Assembly (NCBI GenBank): GCA_000165425.1
Contig: CT868285.1
Location: 434,001 to 497,960 of the forward strand
Reading direction: 5' to 3'
DNA from: Paramecium tetraurelia
Lineage: Eukaryota
Length of the DNA stretch: 63,960 nucleotides
Of the stretch, positions 1-11,500 are shown one piece after another. The position numbers were made by a program, and so were the translations under genes. Positions within the stretch are counted from its first letter, which is position 1. Each line of letters starts with the position of its first letter. The notes under the pieces were generated by a model. It did no database searches and was not told where the DNA came from. It saw nothing but the letters and a program-made list of their open reading frames with translations.

Positions 1-1312
1 CTTCCTCAGATAGTGAAGACAATGACTCTGATGAAGATGTTGAAATAGCAAGAAACAAACAATTTGAAACTCTGAAAATAAGGGAGTTATCTGATTGGAA
101 ACTTAAATTTGAAGAGAAGAAACAGCAGAGGAATCAATAAAAAGAGAAGAACCAATAAGAAACCTAAATGGAACAATAAACTGCTGAATTAACTTAAGAT
201 CCAGACAAAGAATAAAGTGATGGAGATTTAAAGGGCTAAACAGATAGTGAAAGCATTTTGACTATCTGTCTTAATAATGGTATTATTTCTGACCATAATG
301 TTAGAAAAGAAAAACCTAGTTACCATCAAAGGTCTGCCTCCGCAATAGATCTAGGCTTTGAAACAGAGATAGTAATAGATGTTGGAGGTTCAGCAACAGA
401 AAGAATAGATCAAATAAACCATCTAAGAGTAGCGTCAATAGTAGGACAAGGACAATTAGAGTGACAGCAGTGAAGAGTCGAAGTGGGATTGGCTGGAGGA
501 GAATGACAAGGACGTATACTTTTGTATTACGACTACAGAACCAATAAGGAAACATGAATAAGTTACGGTGTCTTACGGGAGAAGGACCAACAGATTCTTG
601 CTTAGTTGGTATGGATTTACTCTACCTGAAAATAAATACAGTTCCTACAATTTTAGAGTAAGAAGTTGATTCTAACAAAGTTATGGCTCAATACAGATAT
701 ATGTAAGGAGAAGATTTTAAGTCAGAAATAGATCTTTGACACCATCACCATTAATAAGTTGATTAATCCGGAAGAGTGGGACACAGGTAAAATCAACTTC
801 AATGGTAACGACGTTCCTATTTCATCAATTACGAAGGAATTTAGAATCAAAAAGAATAAACTCAATATGGACTTACTGATGTATTTGAGACTATATCTTA
901 TGCTCTACCAAGTCCAAGTTAAGGATGTGTTAATCACTATACCTGTATCAGTCGATTATGAAGTATTCGTGATGCAGTTTTGTATATAATTGTTACAACA
1001 TTATCTAAATTCATACTCCTAGGAGTTGGCTTAAGATATTAAAGAATTAGAATCCAAAATATCATTCTCAAGACGATTTGCAGTATCAATCATCAACATT
1101 AATTATAGCTCCATATTAATAAGGAACGCAAAGAAATACTTATCAATTAGATTATGATTCTTTTAGATGCCATTATTATCTTAAAAAAATTCAAAGAAAG
1201 CAATGACTTGAAGTAGGCTTACATATCAGAGATTCATAATAATGTGTATTATAAGATGGAAAATTTAAGAGGCTTGAAAGTGTATCTCAAATCTATTCAT
1301 GAATTTCTATGA
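1..1312 (+). CDS. SET-domain protein-lysine methyltransferase, SETD3/Rubisco-LSMT type (5' part outside the window)
   Basis: Code-6 translation gives YFCITTTEPIRKHEQVTVSYGRRTNRFLLSWYGFTLPENKY (SET C-terminal YG..N..LL..YGF motif), then a helical LSMT substrate-binding-like region (LNMDLLMYLRLYL). About three tiny introns; TGA at 1310-1312. Confidence 0.85.
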
Positions 1313-1401
1313 TTAATTATGGGTTTAATCATTATATAATTATTTCATTCAAATGTTCTTTACTTAGAAAATGGTCAAGTTTGTTATTCTACCCTACAAA
1401 A

Positions 1402-2897
1402 ATGGTATCCTTTAGATTAAAAGCTATAGCCCTGCCAATTAAATTCAATTTACAAATTGGAGCAAATATGATTGGAAATACACAGGAACATGAAATCTGT
1501 ATAAACAATAAATAAATTGTCAATAATCATTGCTGTGTTGTTTTGAATGAAGAGGAAATAGAACTTATTGTTTTAGATGGTCCAGTCTTCTATAAGAATG
1601 AAGAAGGACATTTTGACTAATTGGCCAAAGAGTCTGTACTTAGGTACAATCATTGCTTAAATTAGTTTAAATATTGAGTCCGCGGATTTTTCAATTAGAT
1701 TAGGGTAATCTATAGAAGCTAAAGTTTAAGTGGTTAATGGAACATAGCATCAATATCTTCCAAGAAAACTGCCTTAAAAAGAAACAAAATAATTTAATTT
1801 GCAAGAACGGCTATCCTAGATAGAAGTCAAAGTTGTAGAGAGTCTCTATACATCTCCTTAGAGTGATTTAGACCAATTCTAATAACAATAAGAATAAGAG
1901 CCAAACGATGTAGACTTATAGTAAAATGAGGAGATTAATTCAATTTCATTTAATTTAAAACAATAAAATAATTAAGAATAAAAACAATAGAAACAAAATT
2001 GTGAATAAGCAAATTAAAATGAAACCAATCAAAGAACAGATGTATTATAATTAAATGATTATGAATAATAAACTGAGATGTTATCTAATGGAACTCCTGA
2101 TTTTAATAACAATTCCAAGGATAAGAAGGGAATACAAAATCAAACCAAAAATAAAAAGAAATCAAATTATATCATCATACCATAGAGAAAAGATAGAGAA
2201 AGTTCTCCTAAAAAGAAAAGTAATCATAAGTAGATGAAAGAAATAAAAAAAGAAAGTCAAAGAATGAGCTAAAGAAAATGCAGCAGATGGAAATTTTGTA
2301 TAGCATTTTCAGGATTTCATCCAAGTAGAGATGAACAATAGTTTTTATTACTTCAGAATGTTCAAGTTTGTTTAGAAGATTACACATTTAATATGCTAAT
2401 TATGGAAGACAATGTCGAATTGAGATCCATCAAATTATTGATTGCCTTAGCCAAAGGAATTCCTATAATTTCTAGAAATTGGTTAACAAGATCAATTAAT
2501 TAATATGAGATTCTCGATCACAATTAATATTAAGTTCAATTTTCTAGTGAGTTTTGCAAAGAATACAATTTTGATTTTAAACAATATTAAAAAAGACTTC
2601 AAAAATGGTAAACATTTAATTTCATATTTTAGTAAAGATGCCAAAATAATGCCCTTGAAAGGTGTGACAATATTTGTTCCAAAAAGAATGAACTATCATA
2701 TTGAACATTTCGAATTAGAATACTTGGTAGAATCCTTAGGTGGTAAATTTGTACATTAAATACATGATGAAGGAGAAGCATAAATTTATATGTTAATACC
2801 TAAAGATCAAACAAAAATCGTAGGCTATGACTAACACTAACAAAGTCCTATTGAATGCTTATTCAAGAGTGCATTGAAATATAAAAATCTCCTTTGA
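1402..2897 (+). CDS. N-terminal FHA plus C-terminal tandem BRCT protein (MDC1-like architecture)
   Basis: N-terminus FNLQIGANMIGNTQEHEICINNKQIVNNHCCVVL is FHA-like. A low-complexity linker follows. C-terminus has LRSIKLLIALAKGIPIISRNWL and PLKGVTIFV..LEYLVESLGGKFV (two BRCT repeats). Confidence 0.75.
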
Positions 2898-3277
2898 TCA
2901 AATTATTATATTCTATTTGAGCTTTGTTTATATGAAGAAATTGTTTAGTTTTCAATATATTTAATATAAAATACAAAAAAATGAATTCTCTTATTAATAT
3001 ATATTCTAATGGTGTTATTTGATTCTGTTTATTAAATATCAACCTACTAGCTACAGTGTTATGTGATTGTTTTAATAATATTATTTATTTTAATAATTTT
3101 AGTTTCTACTTAATTTTCAATACATTTTATTCATTTAAAAGTGTAAATAATTGATAATTTGGAATTATTGGAATTCCTAAAAATATTAAATAAGATTCCA
3201 TAATCGATAAGTATAATATACAAAAATTACAGTTTAGAATGATTTAAATTCCTAAAATAATAATATTATTTAATTTA

Positions 3278-4207
3278 ATGATAATATTATTTACCTTCAT
3301 TACGTATGCATATTCTAGATGCGCATTCTCTGTGGAATGTCAAGGAAATAACTGTGATCCATTAGAGGTTGATACTGAACCCTTTATAGCGAGAGTTTCA
3401 TAATGTCCTCATATGGATGGGAAGATGGTTTGTTGTAACAAAAATTAGGATGACCAAATGCAACGAAACTTTCAAGCCATAGATGCATCTTTTGGTAATG
3501 CTGGTGGTGGATGTGATATGTATTATATATTGTTTCATTCTTAGTTGTGCCTATAATTTGAAGAAATTCTGGTGTGAGTATACTTGCAGTCCTAATTAGA
3601 GCGATTTCTTAAGCACAAACGGATATGAAAACATGAAAGACCCACTAAATCCCAAGAATATATTGACAGTTTAGAAAGTTGAAATTAAAGTCAAGCCTTA
3701 AGTGGCATGTGTAAGTATTTTGTTTTAATCTTTATAGGAAATTTGGTCATCTTGTAAGAGAACTCAATTCGCTTCTTAGGTAACAGCAATGAAAACTCCA
3801 GGAGGATTCTTTAATTTTCAAGGAGAATAGGCAGTGTATATTGTTTAGATTTATATATTAGTGGTTAAGCTAAATAATTCATATCAGTCAAGTTTATTGA
3901 TAATGACGAAGAGACAATCAACTTTGATTTTGTTCCTGATTGCAAATATGATTATCCTGTTGGTCCAGATGGGAAAATGGTTACACCAGATGGATTTGTA
4001 ATATCCGAAAAATGCTCATGCAATAATTGCGATCTCATGTGTCATGATGAAGAAATTCTGTATTAAGCCACTGGTGTTTTTGAAGGCTTTAATGGATACT
4101 TGGTATTATGGGTCTGGGCAGGAGCTCTTCTAATTGCTGCATTAATCACAGGATTTAGAAAATATAAATAACAAGAAAATCATGAAATCTTAATAGATCC
4201 AATTTGA
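3278..4207 (+). CDS. Single-pass membrane protein consisting of an NPC1 N-terminal (sterol-binding)-like domain
   Basis: Signal peptide MIILFTFITYAYS. Cys pattern VCCNKNQ..CDICAYNLKKFWCEYTCSPNQSDF..CEIWSSCK..CSCNNCDLMC. One TM (YLVLWVWAGALLIAALITGF), a short tail and TGA at 4205-4207; three tiny introns. Confidence 0.85.
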
Positions 4208-4519
4208 TTTAGTTCTTTGTTCATTTTTTATTTGTATGAAATATGCTAAACTTTATACATTATATTCTTAAAGCCTATTTAAGTGCTGTTAAATTGATAA
4301 TTCCAAGTGCTGGACTATGAAATTCTTAAATTCTTATATATCAAATATTGTAATTAATAAGAATTTATGTAAATTAAGATTGGATTATGAAATTTTGGAA
4401 TGCTTTCAAATCAACAATATGTAGCTTATTCTGAGTAATTTAAATAATAAATTATAAGTTATGAAATATTTTAAGACATTATTCTAATAGACACTATTAG
4501 AAAAGAGATTGTAACTTGA

Positions 4520-5741
4520 TCATTGCTCCCATCTGATTCTTTTTCCATCTTCCCATAAACCAAATCTTATTTATCCATCTGCCAATACATATTTGCCCCT
4601 TCCATGTTATTTACCTTAATTCCATTCACCCTCAAATACCCTCCCATCTGGCCAAAAATATTTACCCTTCCCATGCTTTTTATCATCCTAGTATTCACCA
4701 TGATATGCTCGTCCATCAGCCCATTAATAGACTCCATAGCCGTGCATTTTGTTATATCTCCAATTCCCTTAGTACTTTCTTCCATCAGCCCAACTATACT
4801 CTCCCTGATTATAATAAACAATATTACATATCCATTTATTTTATTATCAAACCAAGTTCCTTCAAAAAGACTTCCATCTGGCCAAATGTACAAGCCCTAA
4901 CCTTGTTTCTTTCCTTGAAAATACTCTCCTTTATAACTGGAATTATCAATCCCTTTCTTTAATATTAAAATTACATTCTTCATGGCCTTTCCCATGCTAA
5001 AAATCATTTTACCAATAACCTTCATAGACGGCTCCATTTGCTTATCTATAGACCCCATAGCCATTAGCCTTATCATTCTCCCATTATCCTGAATACGAGT
5101 CTCCATCAATATGATAAAACGTTCCTTTCCCACAGGCCTTATTATTTGACCATTGTCCTTCATATCTTGCTCCATCCGGCCAAATTTGAGTTCCTTATCC
5201 ATCGCGTTTATCGCCTATCCATTCTCCTTCATAGGAAGTGCCACTCTTAAATTAATATTTAGGTCTTTTTTCTCTAAAAGTATTGTTTGGATTCACATCT
5301 GCCCTAGTTATTATTGTATGCTACCTGCATATTCTTCTGAATTGAAATATTTGAACGTATTTCTCTTCAATTTGCTTTAACTAGTAGCTTGATCATCAGA
5401 TTTTGCAACCTCTTTCCTCCCTTGGTTCAAATTTTTGTAAGTTAATCTTGCTTTATGTCCTCTCCATTATTTTTAAATTATGATTGCTTTCTAGGATCGC
5501 AAAACCTCTAATTGCTTTTGCTTCATTTATTCCTTGTTATCCTTAACCTGATTCATCTTTGATTGAGTCTAATATAGATAGTGATGAGAACTTTAACGGT
5601 ATGATTAGAGGCTTGAGATGGTTAGGACAGAATTGACATTCCATTTTTATTACTTTCTGTTTTTTTTGTAATATTAACTTCATATAATAGATCTTTATTG
5701 TCTTTTTAGCATTATCCACAATGTGAACAGTTAGATCCCAT
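4520..5741 (-). CDS. MORN-repeat protein with IQ motif and N-terminal acylation-type signal
   Basis: Starts MGSNCSHCGQC. IQ motif AIIIQKQWRGHKAR. Many YxGxW..G.G MORN repeats, e.g. YIWPDGSLFEGTWFDNKING. Confidence 0.9.
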
Positions 5742-5794
5742 ATTTTTATTAAAATGTTAATCGAATTTAAAACAATTATAAAATAAATATAATA

Positions 5795-7839
5795 TCAATT
5801 CTTATAAGGGATTTTGGGTGGTATCTAAGCTGCCTGTTCATCGTGATCGTCATTTTAATCAGAATTGCAATCAAAGTCATGATCATTTCGATTAAATTAA
5901 ACATTATCTCCTTTACTACTTACAGGGGATAATATTTCAATTTGATGTTGATCAAACAAGTTTAAATTTGAATGAATATTTCTGTTGCTTTAAATTAAAA
6001 AGTCATCTTGGTTTTTGTTGATTTTCTCAAAAATTGAAATCATATCTTCTCCAACAAGCTCTAAGATGTTTTTATCTATATCACCCAGCTTCTTTTTCTG
6101 ATGTAATTTCATATAGGCATAGAAGGCAGATTCAATTTTGAAAAGATCAGATTTTTCTTCTTAGAGAATAAATTGGAATTCGATTTTCTCTTCCAATACA
6201 TTGAGTTTCTACTCAAAGTCTTTTGAAAACATATCAGATGGAATCAATGGTTTAGGAATGTAATTAAATAGTTCCAATTGCTCTTTGTTCAAGAGCACAT
6301 ACTTCAATTTATCAATCTCCTGCATCTTATTTAATATGTTTACAACGTCCAACTTATTAAAGATTTTTTCCATGGAATATTTGATTTGCTGTTGATATGA
6401 CTTCTTGATTCCCAAGTTCATACAAAACAAATCACACATACCAATCGACAGTTATTTCTTTTTATGTTTTAGAAACTTTTTTAATTCCGTTCGATTTTCC
6501 ACTTAATTTAGATTCCTTTTAGATTTTCTTTAAGGATTCCCCAATTTGTTCTTGTCTTCCTTAATGAAATCGTTCTAGTTTTGATCACCATTAATATTGT
6601 TGATTGAGTGTGACAAAGATGGAGATTCATTATTACTAACATTGTTTTCAAAATTGAATATACGATTGGCCATTTACAAATTCATCAATGTTGCAACAAC
6701 AGGACTGACTAATGTGCTGATAGTAAGAGCAACCAATTGCCAAAGTCCTCCAACATTGCCCAATATATTTTAGAGTTTGATGTAGGATCTCCTATAATTT
6801 CCAACTCTTTATTCCATAAAAATCAGATTTTCTATGTAGGATATTTGATTGTATGAAGATTGAAAATCCTTTTAGGTTGATTACAGCAAGGCTAATTCTG
6901 TTCTTAAGTCTTATCTAATTAACCCTACGTCTGTCTTAGTTTCTATCATTTTGAAGTTTGACTATATTTATTTAGATTGACTCGATGAGAATGTAGAAAA
7001 TTGAACCGTAATAATCTCTTCATAGGGTCGGCCTGGATTATCGAATTTCAACAAGGTGTCCCCCAAATAGATGGCGTAATATCCTGCTTTTAGTGCAGTT
7101 TAAATTTCTTCCGGCGGGCTACATCCGTTATAAGTTGATGAATTTCTACAAGGCATCATTAGTACTTGTAAAAATTGAAAAGTATCAGCATTTGAGTATC
7201 CTTGTAATTACTTCAATAATATTAATTCATTACGGGTGGGTTTTCTTCGCTCACTGTAGAATTGATACAGAACAAATTTTTTAAAAGGAATTTTGAGAAG
7301 AATTGCTTTTGGTAATCCTAAGGAAAATGTTTATCTAGATTGCAACTCTCCAACGGTACATTCCGACATCTATGTTATGTTAAGTAATTTACTATAATGA
7401 GACATCTTAAGCTTGCTTGGTTTCATTGAAAAAACGAGTTCGATTACAGGCTGTCAAAACTACATCGAAATGTTTTTTGAAGGTTGACAATGATAATAGT
7501 GAAGTATCTGTTATGCTAATTACAAATGTGAAATTCTTAGGATCCAAAGTAAAAGCCTAAAAATATAATTTATTCAATTACCGGCATGCTCAAAGGTTAG
7601 GTTTCAGAAATGATGATGTTTGGAGTTCCTTGATTAAGTAAATCTTAAATCTGGTAATACATGTATAATGCACAAACAGCCATTAGGATAATTGTTAATA
7701 AGTGGCCCAGGACTGTATTAAATTTTTATCTTTTCAAAATACGAAAAAATGGAGGTTGCCCGAAAAAGTCCAAAGAATTGACAAGGTTAAGAAAGCAGCC
7801 TTTGATTTCATTTCTTGATCTCTTTTAAAATTTAAGCAT
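5795..7839 (-). CDS. Ciliate-family two-transmembrane protein with a large extracellular loop
   Basis: LDFFGQPPFFRI..TVLGHLLTIILMAVCALYMYY (TM1), a Cys-containing loop, RSYIKLQNILGNVGGLWQLVALTISTLV (TM2), and C-terminal LDVVNILNKMQEIDKLKYVLLNKEQLELFNYIPKP. Confidence 0.8.
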
Positions 7840-8579
7840 CAATTTATTTATTTATCAAATACCTTTTGTACTTTTTTGCATAAATAGCATATCTTAATTT
7901 TTAAATCATCATATTAATTAATATAGCAAAATGATATATAATTATTTTCATAATATAAATTTAATAATTCTAAGATGTTCTTTATTATTTCAGATGTTGA
8001 ATTCAAATCACTCAAAAATGATCAATATTTTGATTGCTTAATTTCTTTGAAAATAGAAAAGCCTTAAATTTTTCAATCCCTCCAGAATTGATTGAGTATG
8101 TTCTCATATAATCAAAATGATCAAAATAAGTGATAATTATGATATAACAGCATGAGTGATATGTCAAAATTTAGTCTATGCTTAATCATTCTCAAAATCT
8201 GTTATTACAAAGTTCACCCAATTTTTAGTATTAGCTATTAATAAGTTTTGGTTGAAGGTACTTTCCCTTCTCCTTTTAATTAAGATATGTTTGAAGTGTT
8301 CATAACAGTAAGTCTTTATACATACTTATTGAATAAGGTACATTTGATTAATTATTGATCTTAAATCTTTGAATAATATTTAATTTCCTACAAATTGATT
8401 AATATCTAATTTCTTACAAAACTACTCTTTTTGATTATGGCTGCAGTTCGTAGTCCATGAACTTAGAAAAGTTAAAATCTCATATTAAAAACTGTAGAAA
8501 TCAGAGAATAAATATGTTTAATAATTAAATAGCTCTTGATTTATAGGAAAAACAAATATTGAATTCATCATTTATAAAA

Positions 8580-11500
8580 TCAAAACTGGATATCATTAGT
8601 TGTAATATTTTATTTACCTTTTTATTAAATCTTTTATCTTTATGACTACATCTTTTTATGTTGCCCTTTATTTTGTTTTTTAGACCCTTTAGTTTATTTA
8701 ATTTTTGGAAATTATTCGCTTTGGTTGATTGAATCGTCATCACTAATTATTTAAGGATCAGGTTAGGTTGGTCTCTTTGTAAGAGATGTAAAATTTTAGC
8801 CAGTTGAAGAGAACATATTAGATCGATCAACTTATGTAGCAGAGTGGTCATTTTGATTGAATCTTTAATTAAGAACATTGAATTCGGATGGAGATATTTG
8901 GTTTTTTGCCCAATCCTCTTCATCATCACTTGAGAATTTCAATAGATCTGATTAAGCTGCATATCTTTAATTCTCCCCTCTAAATGGATTTTAAGGTTCT
9001 TCAATTTATTTATCCTTTTTTAAATGTGATTTTGGTTGGATACTGACAAACCTGGAGGTTGGGACATCCCAATTATCTTCAGCATCATTGTTTTCATCTA
9101 AAATAATTTCCTTTTGTATTTATTATTAATAACCTTGATCAATACTTTATTCCTGATTCTCTTCATCTTCCATATTCCATCCAACATCATCATCATCTTG
9201 ATCTACTAAAATGATTTTATTTAATTTAGATTAAAGCAATTCTTATTCTTTCTATGCCTATAATTGTTATTCTTCCAATAATTATTTAATCTCGTCTTCT
9301 CTTTTTTTTTATTGTTCCTCCTCTAATCTTCTCTAATCATCTTCTTATTGTTTTAACTTTAATTCTTCCTATCTCAATTTCTCGGCCTATAATTATTCCT
9401 CAATTCTCTTTAATTCAGCTATTCTCCTCTCTTCCTATTCTGCCAATTCAGCCTGTCTTTATTCCTCTTTTGTTCTTTCTAATCTCATTGCCTCTTACTA
9501 TTACTAAATTAACAGTTCCTATTGTTTCTTCTGTTCTTCCAATTGTAATAGTTCTTTTTCTCTTCTAGCTTTTTCGAGTTCTTGCTATTTGATTTCATCC
9601 TCTATTCTTTTGAGTTCTGCTAATCTTTCTGATTCAATTCTCTTTAACTCTTCCTACCTCTATAGTTCTTCTAATTTCTTTTATTCCTAAATTTTATTCT
9701 AATATTCTCTTGATGATTCTATAACTGATATGGGTTCGGAAACATCATTACTCTGTATTTTAATAATCATATCTTCTTAAGAAAGATTGAAATTATCTTT
9801 TTTTGGATCTGGAATCTCTTATTTGTAGATCATTTGAGAATGCATCATATTCTGAAAGGATTGATTATCCTTATATTCAATGGATTCGTCAATTTTGGGG
9901 AAGGATGGCTCATGATCTTACTCGTTCTTATTAAACTATTAGCCATTAATGGATTCATCAAAAGAAAATCTTTTGGATCGTTTGGTTTAAAAGTAATCAG
10001 GAACAACTTAGAGAGAATGTGGAGCAGTTACATTATTGTTTTCTTCAAAAAAGTTTTCTTCTTTTTGAGTTTCACATATCAAACAAATTGCAAAGACGAT
10101 GGTCACTATGAATGAGTCAATACTGCTGATGAATAATTACTCTCTTTATTGATCCCTATAGGCTAGAAGCACACTGGCTATTAAAGCAGGAATACAACAA
10201 AACTAAAACGAATAAATATAATTATGATACAAATGCACAGAGTCCATTGATGATATTCATTCCTACCATATTTTCAACATCTGATAATCTACATTTCAAG
10301 AATCTAAATCCGAAGTACCTAGAAAAATAAAATCTTGTCATAGTGAAACTCAGTAAGGACAATACATTTAGGAAGATGTAGGCACAGGAATTGGATTTCC
10401 TTGCTGCATACCACTAATTAAAAGCAATGTCCCCTTTAGTACTATGTTTGATAACACATAGATTTATGAGATTCAGTATAATGTGAACTCCAATCGAACT
10501 CATTAATAGATACATTTCTAGTTTCTCCAAAATGTAATCCAATTGTAAAATAAGTAACACTGCCCATGAACCTACAATGATTAGACCCAATAAACCAACT
10601 GCTGATCCTGGAATAAAAGTCTACTATTGTATATAATATATTACCTCAGATTTAGATATCTTAGCTACTGCAACACTCAAAATCATAATTATCGATACTA
10701 TTGTGAATGGAATGGGTATGTACTTGTTCTCTTGTAAATTGGATATTAATTGCTCTTCTGAACTCGTCAGCTTGTCACATATTCCTACATTATTCAACTT
10801 AGTTATCATAAATATAATGTACATCTTAGTATCCACTCGGACATGAAGTTACACAAGTCTAATTTAAATATTTGTAATTCTCGATGCAAGTCAGACATCC
10901 TTTTTCATCACAAGTAGCACACTCATTTGAACACTTAACACAAGCAAATTCTTTTATATAATAGTTGGCCAAACAGGTGGAAACACATAGGTTACTTGAC
11001 ATATATGGTGAACTTGTTGGACATGTCTTACACTCTAGGCCATTCGCACAAGTGGCACAAGATGATTGACAAGATAAACACTATTACTCCAAGGAGTAGT
11101 ATTTAGTAGGACAATTCTGATAGCATTTACCTGACAAATGTAAATAATTGTCTGGACACAAAGTGCACACTGTGCTTGATGAACATAATAGGCAAGATGC
11201 ATCACAAGAATAGCAGACAAAATTTAATGAATAATATTTATCAGGACATTTATCTATACATTGTTTTGATAACAAATATTGGTTTGTTGGACAAGAGGTA
11301 CATTCAGTTTCTGAAATGCAATTTCCACAAATATTAGGACATTTAATTAAGGAGGTGCCTGATTTATAATATCCATTAGGTACTGTTGATATACAACTAT
11401 TATTGAATAAGTAGTATCCTGTAATGCAATCAATACAGATAGTGCTGCTGGAACAATTATTGCATGGTTCAGTGCATTAAGTACAATCGCTTCCATCTTA

